From: Squalus acanthias
Taxonomy: Eukaryota
Assembly (NCBI GenBank): GCA_030390025.1
Contig: CM059433.1
Location: 8,186,001 to 8,250,000 of the forward strand
Direction: 5' to 3'
DNA: 64,000 bases
Shown: positions 51,706 through 63,110 of the stretch, one piece after another
How the letters are laid out: every line of letters starts with the position of its first letter
Numbering within the stretch: the first letter of the stretch is position 1
Made by a program: the position numbers and the translations under genes
Notes under the pieces: generated by a model
What the model was told of the DNA's origin: nothing
What the model saw: only the letters and a program-made list of their open reading frames with translations
The model's database searches: none

Positions 51706-52689
51706 TTTATATCACTCATTCTGCATTTCTAATGCGGTGTCTTTTTAACATGTACAAATACAACACTTTATACAACACTCAATAACTACTCATTAAAAAC
51801 AAATGCACAGATCAGCATTAGTTTCCATATTTAATTTGCATAAAAGTGAACTGCCCCAACCTCGGTAAATTCAATACCCGAAATGAGCCTTTTACTCCCA
51901 GGCTCCCTCCCGACTCCAAACTGTCCGCTGTGGACGATGGCGGGAGGGTCAGCGACGTGGTGACCTTGCTGAAGTAAACTCTTGCGACAAAAAAAAAAAA
52001 ATCTGCTGTTTGGCCATATTTTTCTACGGCAACTCCGCGATAATTACATTATCTGGGCCAGGTGCATCCAGAAGTTACGCAGTCACCAATTAATAATTCA
52101 TCAGAATGTCTAAGCATTCCTTCATTAACTTCAGCAGTGGGATGTTGTGGGCGTTACTTTTGTTTTTTAAAATAACTTTTGATTAAAGTGAAACCCAATA
52201 GAATGTATCAATGCCCGAGGAGTCAAATAAGAAAAAAAGCAATAAGAGGAAGTACAAACTCTGAAGTGCCTGCTACTTGGGATTGGTCCGTGCTGGGAGC
52301 TGCCCTCTCGCATGAACCGCAATCTATTATTTAAGACTGCAAAGAGAGAGGTTTTCATATAAATTATTCAGTCTCCAGCAACAGAGCTGAAAAGTCAATT
52401 ACTATTAACGACTCTATCCGGAATAGAACATTGATTTGAATAGGATACCATCCAAATGGCTGCATTAGCTACAGTCCAGGCAAAACATGAAAACCTACCC
52501 GGGGCTAAGTGATGTGCATTTGTGTAAAAGAAAAAAATTGCAAACTTTAATATGCACTGATTTTTAACGTGCTCGGCAGTGACAAGTCAGCCCACAAAAT
52601 AACAGCGCAGCATCTCCACTCTTCCTACATCACAATTTATTGTTAGCAAGCTGTGTTTACGTTCTATCTCCAAGAAACTATAGACGGTG

Positions 52690-53073
52690 CATTGAAACGT
52701 ATAAAATTCTTACAGGCCTTGACAGGGTAGATGCAGGGAGGATGTTTCCCCTGGCTGGGGAGTCTAGAACCAGGGGGTCACAGTCTCAGAATAAGGGGTC
52801 AGCCATTTAGGACTGAGATGAGGAGAAATTCCTACACTCAGAGGGTGATGAATCTTTGGAATTCTCTACCCCAGAGGGCTGTGGAGGCTCAGTCGTTGAT
52901 TATATTCAAGACAGAGATCGATAGATTTTTGAATATTAAGGGAATCAAGGGATATGGGGATAGTGCAGGAAAGTGGAGATGAGGTAGAAGGTCAACCATG
53001 ATCTTATTGAATGGCGGAGCAGGCTCGAAGGGCCAAATGGCCGACTCCTGCTCCTATTTCTTATGTTCTTATG
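52690..53073 (+). mobile_element. CR1 3' fragment
   Basis: ORF 52731-52982; same subfamily as 19608-20212. Confidence 0.9.
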
Positions 53074-53461
53074 ATACATCACAGTACATATACAAGTGCA
53101 TATATTATATGCTCACTAAAAAAAATCGTTGTGGTAAACTCTTTGGCAAATCTTTAAAAAATTTATTTTACAATATCTACAGATATATTGCATAAAAGAA
53201 CTTTGTATGATTACAGTGAGAGCGACACTGTTATGTGTTGGGAACTTGCGACCATTTTTTCACAGAAAGGATTAGGAAGAGATTTACATTTTCTTTTAAA
53301 AGCAAAGTGTATTCATTCAAATTTAAAGAAAAAAAACATTGAGATGAAAAGTGGTTACAATACTAATGGGCTAGGGAATAAATTTGTTTCCCCAAAGACT
53401 GCAAGTGATAACTAATTTGTTAGCCTGTCTTATTAATAGATAAAGACCTTACACTCATTAT

Positions 53462-53995
53462 TTTTTTTTGTTTATGGGATGTGGGCGTCGCTGGCAAGGC
53501 CGGCATTTATTGCCCATTCCTAATTGCCCTTGAGAAGGTGGTGGTGAGCCGCCTTCTTAAACCGCTGCAGTCCGTGTGGTGAAGGTACCCCCACAGTGCT
53601 GTTAGGGAGGGAGTTCCAGGATTTTGACCCAGGGAGGATGAAGGAACGGCGATAAACTTCGAAGTCAGGATGGTGTGTGACTTGGAGGGGAACTTGGAGG
53701 TGGTGGTGTTCCCATGCGCCTGTTGCCCTTGTCCTTCTAGGTGGAAGAGGTCGCGGGTTTGGGAGGTGCTGTCGAAGAAGCCTTGGTGAGTTGCTGCAGT
53801 GCATCTTGTAGATGGTACACACTGCAGCCACGGTACGCCGGTGGTAGAGGGAGTGAATGTTTAAGGTGGTGGATGGGGTACCAATCAAGCGGGCTGCTTT
53901 GTCCTGGATGGTGTCGAGCTTCTTGAGTGTTGGAGCTGCAACTCATCCAGGCAAGTGGAAAGTATTCCATCACACTCCTTACTTGTGCCTTGTAG
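53462..53995 (-). mobile_element. Second non-LTR family 3' fragment
   Basis: ORF 53520-53888 matches 35776-36204; poly(T) on + at the tail. Confidence 0.82.
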
Positions 53996-54398
53996 ATAGT
54001 ATGTTGGGGGGGTGGGTCCCTGGTCCGAGGCCCTCCCCTCTAGTTGTGGACACAGGAAAATAAGACAGAGATAGAAACACACACTGACAGGTTTTTAAAC
54101 AGAGATGTGCAAGGGCAAGCTTTGACCCGCTTCAGAAGATTAGAATGCAGAAGGGTAGATGGAATTCACTTTATTTAAATTGAGCAAGTTGATTTGGGGA
54201 AGTGTAGCACATTCATTATTTTTTGTTATTATGCAAAGACAAGTTGCACTGATTGAACTGAGTGAATCTGATCCTAACTGTTGCTCTGTGTGTTCACCTC
54301 TTACAACAAAAAAAACAGCTTAAATTATTTGTATTTGGTCTCATCTTATCAGCTGATTTTCGAGTCTGCCTTCAAAAAGAGTTGGCGAGGAGCACGTC

Positions 54399-54930
54399 AC
54401 AGAGTCATAACGGCACAGAAGGAGGCCATTCAGCCTATCGAGTCCATGCCGGCTCTCTGCAGAGCAATCCAGTCAGTCCCATTCCCCCACTCTATCCCCG
54501 TAGCCCTGCAAGTTTATTTCCCTCAAGTGCCTATCCAGTCTCCCCTTGAAACCACTTCGGAACCACTTCCGTCGGCAGCGAGTTCCAGGTCCTCACCACT
54601 CGCTGTGTAAAAAAGTTTATCCTCACATCCCCCCTGTATCTCTTGCCCAAAACCTTAAATCTGTGTCCCCTAGTCCTTGTACCATCAACCAATGGGAACA
54701 GCCTTTCCCCGTCTAGCCTATCCAAACCCGTCATAATCTTGTACACCTCTATCAAATCACCCCTCAACCTCCTTTGCTCTAATGAAAACAAATCCAGCTT
54801 CTCCAACCTGTCCTTGTAGCTAAGATCCCCCATCCCTGGAACAATTCTGGTAAATCTCCTCTGCACCCTCTCAAGGGCCTTCACATCCTTCCTAAAGTGT
54901 GGTGACCAGAACTGGACGCAATACTCCAGT
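54399..54930 (-). mobile_element. CR1 3' fragment
   Basis: ORF 54531-54944 LEYCVQFWSPHFRKDVKALERVQRRF. Confidence 0.9.
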
Positions 54931-55179
54931 CGTGGAGGAGACATGTATGAAAAACATGAATATCAAGCTCAGATCACAAGGGATCTTATTGTTAAACCCT
55001 TGGGTTACACTAATGTATAGTTAGATATTGGGCAGTATGGGCACACCGCTAAATGTAAGGCACTCAGACAACTTAGGGGAGTGACCAGCCCAGCTGTTTC
55101 CAAGGGAATATCTAATGCAAGACCCTAACAGAGACACAGGCCTAGTTTGCACCAATAGGCCGGCATGAACTGAGCACAG

Positions 55180-56992
55180 GGATTAATCTCTGTGCCGGAA
55201 AGGGTAGGCCCCGAGGCCCTGAGGCCCACCTGATCATGGGCCTCAGGCCTCATTTACATCAGAGCTGCAGACACCTGCTGGGTGTCTCCGGGCAGCTCGC
55301 TGGCAGAGGCCATTTGAATTTCTGGTGGCTGCGTCATCGCCAGGGGCTCTCAGGAAGGTCGTGGGTGAGAGGGGAGCAACCAGGAGAGGAGGGAGTGAGT
55401 GGGAGAGAGGGGAGCAACCAGGAGAGGAGGGAGTGAGTGGGAGAGAGGGGGGAGCAACCAGGAGAGGAGGGAGTGAGTGGGAGAGAGGGGGGAGCAACCA
55501 GGAGAGGAGGGAGTGAGTGGGAGAGAGGGGGGAGCAACCAGGAGAGGAGGGGGTGAGTGGGAGAGAGGGGAGCAACCAGGAGAGGAGGGAGTGAGTGGGA
55601 GAGAGGGGAGCAACCAGGAGAGGAGGGGAGTGAGTGGGAGAGAGGGGGAGCAACCAGGAGAGGAGGGGAGTGAGCCTGGAGAGGAGAGAGAGGGGGGAGC
55701 AACCAGGCGAGGAGGGAGTGAGTGGGAGAGAGGGGAGCAACCAGGAGAGGAGGGAGTGAGTGGGAGAGAGGGGAGCAACCAGGAGAGGAGGGAGTGAGTG
55801 GGAGAGAGGGGGGAGCAACCAGGCGAGGAGGGAGTGAGTGGGAGAGAGAGGAGAGCAACCAGGTGAGGAGGGAGTGAGTGGGAGAGAGGGGGGAGTGAGT
55901 GGGAGAGGGGGGGAGTGAGTGGGAGAGGAGGGAGTGAGTGGGAGAGGGGGGAGTGAGTGGGAGAGGGGGGGAGTGAGTGGGAGAGGAGGGAGTGAGTGGG
56001 AGAGGGGGGGAGTGAGTGGGAGAGGGGGGGAGTGAGTGGGAGAGGGGGGGAGTGAGTGGGAGAGGAGGGAGTGAGTGGGAGAGGGGGGAGTGAGTGGGAG
56101 AGGGGGGGAGTGAGTGGGAGAGGAGGGAGTGAGTGGGAGAGAGGGGGGAGCAACCAAGTTGGGGTGGGGGGGTCGAGTGGGAGAGGGGTAGAGCAGCTGG
56201 GAGGGGGAGGGAAGCAAGCGACCGGGAGAGGGGGTAGTGACTGGGAGAGATGGGTAGCGAACAGGAGAGGGTCTGTTTCAAAGAAGCAGTCAGCAACCTG
56301 TTCAGCCTCTTACAGCAAGACCTGATACAACTCTGCCATAGTTGGCCAGGCATTGCCTGTGCCAGTGAAGGTCACTGCATCCCTCAACTTTTTAACCTTG
56401 GGATCATTCCAGGCTGCAGCATGTGTCAACAGTAATATTAATCAGTCTGCAGTCCGTTCCTGCATCAAGCAGTTCCCGGATGCCCTCCTCACAAAGGCAA
56501 ACTAGCGTATCATGTTCCTCATGGACACTTGGCGCTGGCAGGGAAGGGCTGCGGGTTCTGCTAACATAGCAAGCTTCCTCCGAGTACAAGGTGTGATTCA
56601 CTTCACCCAGGCAGCCTTCAGGGCGCCTCCCAATGAGCCCAGTAGCATTCGTGAACAGAAAAAGCTTCCACTGACTTAACGCCAATGGCGGAAGCTCGGT
56701 TTGGCCGACCTAGGCGAGGGGTGGAACTCGAGATGTGGCTGACTTGGTAGGAAAAGGGATCGAGCTGGGAACTGGGGAGTGCCGGCTTACCCAGTCCGGA
56801 AGCCGAGCCGGGAACCGTACAGACTTGCAGACCGAACCTGGAGGCCGAGAACAGATCGCAGAGGTTCCCGCGAGTGAAATAGAGGTGGTCCTCCAAAGCC
56901 GTGCTGGCCGACTTCAAAATGATTGGTGGGGCCATGACCTCCCCTCTCCTCCCACTGGCTCTGCCGCTGTTTAATGTGAAGGTGAAAATTCA
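55180..56992. mobile_element. Degenerate Harbinger-type element hosting a minisatellite (boundaries approximate)
   Basis: Left part is homologous to 61480-61610; RVCFKEAVSNLFSLLQQDL near 56267 resembles the Harbinger transposase N-terminal helix; ends gtgaaaattc. Confidence 0.45.
55366..56157 (+). repeat. Purine-rich compound minisatellite (~38-40 bp unit, then ~20 bp sub-unit)
   Basis: (GGGAGCAACCAGGAGAGGAGGGAGTGAGTGGGAGAGAG)n to ~55885, then (GGGAGTGAGTGGGAGAGGRG)n. Confidence 0.95.
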
Positions 56993-58182
56993 TTGATTAT
57001 GGTCAAACTATGTTGAGTTCTATAGAACATCATCTGTAACCACTAACACGCAAACGCTATTCATCAAATGACATATTAAGAATTAATAAACATTAGCAGA
57101 CATCCATTCATTTACGTATACTTTAGGAAATGTACTCAACCTATGTGTAGTTCTGTAATCTCAAAGTAACTTTTTGCATACATTTCTGTAACACAAAGTA
57201 GATTTTAATTTTTTTTTAAAACTAAATAATATGCGCATACTTTCACCAATAAAGATTTTCCCTTCGTTCTTGCATTTCAGGTCATTGCGAAGGGTTATCT
57301 TCCATTCTCCAGTCTTTTCAAATCATTGGGGTGCTCCCAGCAGTACCCAAGCTTTCTTTCTCGTACTGCCTTTTGTGTGACACTTGCTGACCAGGTTTCA
57401 CAACATCTAAATAGGCTCGGAATCCTTTAATGCCTTGACAATAATGCGACATTCTCCTCTCCCGTACAGCCTAATGTTATTACACCAAAAAGAATCCAAG
57501 TGTTGTTGTGCTTCCTGAGGAGATACAAAGTGAGAGACAGTCGCATTCTCTCAGTCATTCAGCGGTTTTCCATTCAAATGGATTACATTTGTCTTTGTGA
57601 TTTTTTATTTATTTTCAGGACATTTACTAAGAGGCAAAGGAGAAAATGGCGCAGAGACGCTGTTTCTATTGTTGTGAGGATCATTAATGGATTCCCTGGG
57701 ATCTGTTTACAACTGGTGCATGTTATAACCTTACATCAGCATTCTACCAATGCTGTTCCACCTGCCCCTGGGCACAAAGAGTGAGAGGCCTCCAGCGTGT
57801 CAGTAGGGTTTCAACCCCTGCTTACCACTAATTAAAAATTAAACTGCACACCTGCACTTCCACGGCTTTGATATCAGGGGACATATAAATAGTAGCCAGC
57901 ATTCATGATGACATGACTTATTTCTGCTTTTAAAGGGAAACCATCCCTTTTACAAGTCTAGATAGGCTGCATTTAGGTCTTTAACTGCGATCTCCTATAG
58001 AATGTAATAATTGGTCCGTAGCACATTATTATTTTCAGTACAGAGGCAGATACTTTGCCGACTTTACTACGAAGCTGTTATGGAAGATTTACTTCATTAA
58101 TTCTCTGAAGATTCCGTCTGGTTTGGTGAACTAAAAGACAAGATTGAAGTGCGTTTGTGTAATTCAATGAATGCTGCCATTT

Positions 58183-58345
58183 CCTAGAATCAGAGAAATT
58201 TACAGCACGGAGGGAGGCCATTCGGCCCATCTTGTCCGTGCCGGCCGACAAAGAGCTCTCCACCCTAACCCCACTTTCCAGCTCTTGGTCCGTAGCCTTG
58301 TAGGTTACGGCACTTCAGCTGCACATCCAAGTACTTTTTAAATGC
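58183..58345 (-). mobile_element. CR1 3' tail
   Basis: tagaatcagagaaatttacagcacggagggaggccattcggcccatc... Confidence 0.8.
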
Positions 58346-59028
58346 GTTTTCAGAAATATTTGGTGGTTTCATGTTGAAATTCTGTTTTCCTCTTCGAGTG
58401 ATACAATTATTTTGTGTAGTTTATTTTGTGTATGGTGTAAACAGGTTTCAGAGTGGCCTTCAGTGCTCCAAATGTTGGTGTGGTTTGGGTGTGGTCTCTC
58501 TTCAGTGAGGTCCCCACAGGTCATAAACGCTGATGTCTCTGGTTCAAATGGTTGAGACGGACCTGTGGCGCACTGTCACTTTCACAGTTTTCCTCAAACT
58601 CAAACCAGCATTTCCCTCGCGTCCCTGGTTGCAACATCTGTGGCGGCAGCAACAGAATTTCCCTCTACATTAGCGTCTGTTGTCTGCCTGTCCAGGCCAC
58701 GCTCAGCATCAATGTCTCCTCTCCTCCAAGCAGCACCGGCAACCATATCTCCTCAGCCAACACTGTGACTGCCCCTGTGGAGGGGGCTTCCGTTGGCCTC
58801 TGAATTCATTGTTCTCAGTGTAGTAATATGTTAACTTATTTTACTATTTTTCTCCTTTGTGCATTTGCAGAGGATGTACATGAATAAGGAAGATCAGAAT
58901 TCAGAAGAAGAGGATCAAAAATAACCAGCATGAAAATGAGGAATTGAATTAGTTTGGCGGGTTCCGTGTGTGTTTAAAAAAATCAACAGCTATCCCACAG
59001 GAGAAGTGGCACAGAGGAAGATGTTTAA

Positions 59029-59297
59029 AAGAAAGAAAGAAAGACTTGCATTTATATAGCGCCTTTCACGACCACCAGACGTCTCAAAACACTTTACAGC
59101 CAATGAAGTACTTTTTGAAGTGGAGTCACTGTTGTAATGTGGGAAATACGGCAGCCAATTTGCGCACAGCAAGCTCCCACAAACTGCAATGTGATAATGA
59201 CACAGATAATCTGTTTTTGTTATGTTGGTTGAGGGATAAATATAAGCCCAGGACACCGGGCATAACTTCCCCTGCTCTTCTTCGAAATAGTGCCCAT
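59029..59297 (-). mobile_element. DeuSINE 3' portion
   Basis: Matches the other copies from the tail to gaaatagtgccc. Confidence 0.85.
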
Positions 59298-59616
59298 GTT
59301 TTAGGAAGAATTACTTCTCAAAGAGTGATAAATGTTTGGAGTAGTCAGCAACTTTGGGTAGTATAGGGAAGAGCATTTTATGGCAGTGGCCCGTGGTTTT
59401 AAGACCCACACTCAGATAAGTACTTTAAAAAAAAACTTACCGTTTTGGTGGCGGACAGCAGTGGTCCCTTTAAGGAGCAAAAAAATGGCCGTTAGAACTG
59501 GGTGACACGCCCCGAACCGCCTCCAGTGGAGCGAGGACTGAAAGGAAAGAATAGTTTTATGTGTTAAAAGTAAGAGCAGCAGGTGCTACCGCCACACTTT
59601 AAGGACTACCACTAGG

Positions 59617-59731
59617 CAGTGCTCCCCCTAAGGCACGCGGCCGCGCATCAATCAGGAGGTCCCGCGCAGGCCGTTCACAAGCTGTTGTCGCTGGAAGATA
59701 CACGCACAAAAAAAGTTTAGAGGGAACATCG
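59617..59731. mobile_element. Small hAT-type MITE
   Basis: TIRs cagtgctccccctaa / ttagagggaacatcg; 8-bp flanks ccactagg and cctctcgg (6 of 8 match). Confidence 0.5.
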
Positions 59732-59865
59732 CCTCTCGGCATTATCAATGTCACAAAAATGTTACTAAATCATGACAACAGGAAATAGGCGCGACAAAGC
59801 AGAACCCATGAAAACGTTTATATAAATATATTTATCCTATTTATTCCATTTAACATATTATATAC

Positions 59866-60722
59866 AATAGCAAAATACTGCGGATGCTGGTAATCTGAAG
59901 TAACAACAGAAAATGCTGGAAAGACTCAGCAGGTCAGGCATCATCTGTGGAGAGAGAAACAGAGTCAACGTTTCGGGTCGAGGACCCTTGGTCAGAACTG
60001 GAAAAGGTTGGGGAGAAGAGAGATTTATAAGCAGGGGCAGGGAGGAGGGGAGGAAAGAACAAAAGGGAAGGACTGTGATAGGCTGGAAGGCAGGAGAGAT
60101 TGACTGACAAAAGGGATGATGGTGCAAGGCAAAAAGAGAAAGTTCCACTTTGTGGGACACCTCCGTTCAGTCCGTACGGGTGACCCCGAGCTTCCGGTCG
60201 CCTGTCACTTTAATTCTCCGCTCCACTCCCACTCTGACCTCTCTGTCCTCGGCCTCTTACACTGTTCTAATGGAGCTCAACGTAAGCTCGAGGAACAGCA
60301 CCTCATCTTTCTATTAGGCACTTTACAGCCTTCTGGACTCAACATCAAGTTCAACAATTTCAGACTATAACCTCTGCCCCTATTATTTTTTTTTCTCTCT
60401 CTCACATGGCAGCTGTTGATCATTCTGCCAGTGCCATTTACACTTCATCCAGAGTCATCTTTTGTTTCTGAACTTGTCCCATTACCATCTCCTTTTGCCT
60501 CGCACCATCATCCCTTTTGTCTCTCAATCTCTCCTGCCTTCCATCCTACCACAGACCTTCCCTTTGTTCTTTCCTCCCCCCTGCCCCTACACTTGCTTAA
60601 AAATCTCTCCTCCCTAACCTTTTCCAGTTCTGACGAAGGGTCCTCGACCCGAAACGTTGACTCTGTTTCTCTCTCCTCGATGCTGCCTGACCTGCTGAGT
60701 GTTGCCAGCATTTTCTGTTGTT
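59866..60722 (+). mobile_element. Penelope-like element: inverted terminal repeat, GIY-YIG C-terminus, 3' terminal repeat
   Basis: ORF 60116-60370 HLRSVR..LPVACHFNS..RKLEEQHLIF.LGTLQPSGLNI. 59866-60130 is the reverse complement of ~60497-60722. Flanked by atttaacat(a/c)ttatatac at 59848-59865 and 60723-60740, within an old - strand CR1 (to ~60950). Confidence 0.85.
60626..60662 (+). ncRNA. Minimal type I hammerhead ribozyme motif in a Penelope terminal repeat
   Basis: AGUU-CUGACGA-A-GGGUC(cuc)GACCC-GAAA-C-GUU-GACU: both catalytic core boxes, 5-bp stem II, 4-bp stem I, palindromic AACGUU in place of stem III. Confidence 0.7.
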
Positions 60723-61426
60723 ATTTAACATCTTATATACTCTGATGAAGTGACCTTTTAACTGCCTTCTTTCCAGAGTGCAGAGTTTAAGGTTCGGTAA
60801 TCTTTGCTCACACAGCTCATCCCCTTTGCCTTTTGTATCAGTCTTGCTGCTCTTCACCACATCTCCTCCAACGCATGTCTCATGATTTTCGTGGTGTGGT
60901 GACCAGAATTGGACATAATACGCGAAGTGTGGTTTGACCAGTGACTCACAGAGCCTGGGCATAGCCTCCAGGGACCCGGTACTTTCCTGTTTCTGGTGTT
61001 ACAAACCAGTGAGTCCACCGCACAGCTTTTATTTATTTTTTTCATTTTTCTAGCGGCCGCAGGAATTATAAGAAAATGACAAATCTTGGCATTAAACATC
61101 ATAAATCAGTCAAGCGATTAAAGTTATTTGCGAAAATCATTAAAAAAAAAGGTCCTGCAGGAATTTCACACCAATATCATTTCGAGGGAATGAAATGAAT
61201 GGGAGAAATGGTAGAGAACTTTAAAAAGCTCCATTTTGGCAGGGAGTAGAAGGACACAGGTGAGATTAAAAGGGTCTGAATGGGTCTCGTATGTGGACAT
61301 AAATGATGCAGCAAACTTATCACTACCTGGGCTAGTACAACACAGCGAGTGTAATGGATTTATAACTGTTAGGAGACACACTACAAGAGATGGGATACAT
61401 GTCATATTACTGCTGGAAGAAGATAT

Positions 61427-63110
61427 GGGCCTAGAAATTGGTTCATGCTGGCCTGTCGGACTGGGTGCAGGGCACGTTCCCTGCACCGGAATGGGTAGGC
61501 CCGAGGCGCACCCGATATTGGATCTCTGGCCTCATTCACATCAGACCAGCAAAAACATTTACATTTGGAGCTGCTGCCATCACCCGCAGCAGCCCGCAGG
61601 TGGGTCTTGGAGCAGGGAGGGGGAAGCGATCGGGAGGAAGGAGGGCAGCCGGGAGAGAGGGGAGGCTGAGATCGGGAGAGGAGGGTGTCAGAAACTGGGA
61701 GAGGGAGGCAGTGATCGGGTGAGGAAGGGAGGCAGTGATCGGGTGAGGGAGGGAGGCAGTGATCGGGAGAGGGAGGAGGCAGTGATCGGGAGAGGGAGGA
61801 GGCAGTGATTGGGAGAGGGAGGAGGCAGTGATCGGGAGAGGGAGGAGGCAGTGATCGGGAGAGGGAGGAGGCAGTGATCGGGAGAGGGAGGAGGCAGTGA
61901 TCGGGAGAGGGAGGGAGGCAGTGATCGGGAGAGGGAGGGAGGCAGTGATCGGGAGAGGGAGGGAGGCAGTGATCGGGAGAGGGAGGGAGGCAAGATCGGG
62001 AGAGGGAGGGAGGCAATGATCAGGAGAGGGAGGGAGGCAGTGATCGGGAGAGGGAGGGAGGCAAGATCGGGAGAGGGAGGCAAGATCGGGAGAGGGAGGC
62101 AAGATCGGGAGAGGGAGGGGGCAGTGATCGGGAGAGGGAGGGAGGCAGTGATCGGGCGAGGGAGGAGGCAGAGACTGGGACAGGGAGGGGGCAGTGATCG
62201 GGAGAAGGAGGGAGGCAGTGATCGGGCGAGGGAGGAGGCAGAGACTGGGAGAGGGAGGGAGGCAGTGATCGGGAGAGGGAGGGAGGCAAGATCGGGAGAG
62301 GGAGGGAGGCAAGATCGGGAGAGGGAGGCAAGATCGGGAGAGGGAGGGGCAGTGATCGGGAGAGGGAGGGAGGCAGTGATCGGGCGAGGGAGGAGGCAGA
62401 GATCGGGAGAGGGAGGGAGGCAGTGATCGGGAGAGGGAGGGAGGCAGAGATCGGGCGAGGGAGGAGGCAGAGATCGGGAGAGGGAGGGAGGCAGAGATCG
62501 GGAGAGGGAGGGAGGCAGTGATCGGGAGACGGAGGAGGCAGAGATTGGGAGAGGGAGGGAGGCAGTGATCGGGAGAGGGAGGGAGGCAGAGATCGGGAGA
62601 GGGAGGGAGGCAGTGATCGGGAGAGGGAGGGAGGCAGTGATCGGGAGAGGGAGGGGCAGTGATCGGGAGAGGGAGGGGCAGTGATCGGGAGGCAGTGATC
62701 AGGAAGAGGGAGGGTGACAATTGGGTGGGTGGGGGTGTGGTTGGAGGGCAGCGACCCGTGGTTTTAATGTGGAGCCAGGAGCAGCATTCCTGCTCCTCCT
62801 GGCTCCACATTCAGGAATGTATATTTTGTACAAAACATACCTTTTGGTGGCGGGCCCCTGGTTAGGCCACATGTAGACCTGGTTTTACTGAGCCCGCTGG
62901 CCCTGGTGCCAGAGCAGCCTAACTTCACAAAGGGGTCCTCAGACGGGCGTTAGGCCCTCTATTCTCATATTCAAAGGGTCGAATGCCTAGTTCAGGTACG
63001 GGCCCCGGGTACTTCTCCTCAAACCTATCCCAATACGGTGAGCGTCCGCACGTCGCCTGCGCGTTGGATGCTTTTGCGCCCGTTTTACGTTTTAAGAATA
63101 ACTTCAGAAT
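61427..63110. mobile_element. GC-rich MITE-like element hosting a minisatellite (right end approximate)
   Basis: Starts gggcctagaaatt; internal hairpin tgtggagccaggagcagcattcctgctcctcctggctccaca near 62768-62809; homologous to 55180-55365. Confidence 0.5.
61700..62701 (+). repeat. Purine-rich minisatellite, ~23-24 bp unit GGGAGAGGGAGGGAGGCAGTGATC
   Basis: Direct tandem repetition with variant units (CAAGATC, CAGAGAC). Confidence 0.96.

Noticed and set aside
25931..60949. Scattered AP-1 sites (TGASTCA)
   Set aside because: About eight are expected by chance in 64 kb; not informative alone.
55243..62810. 200-424 aa Pro/Ser/Leu-rich ORFs at 55.2-56.4k and 61.4-62.8k
   Set aside because: Translations of purine-rich minisatellites.
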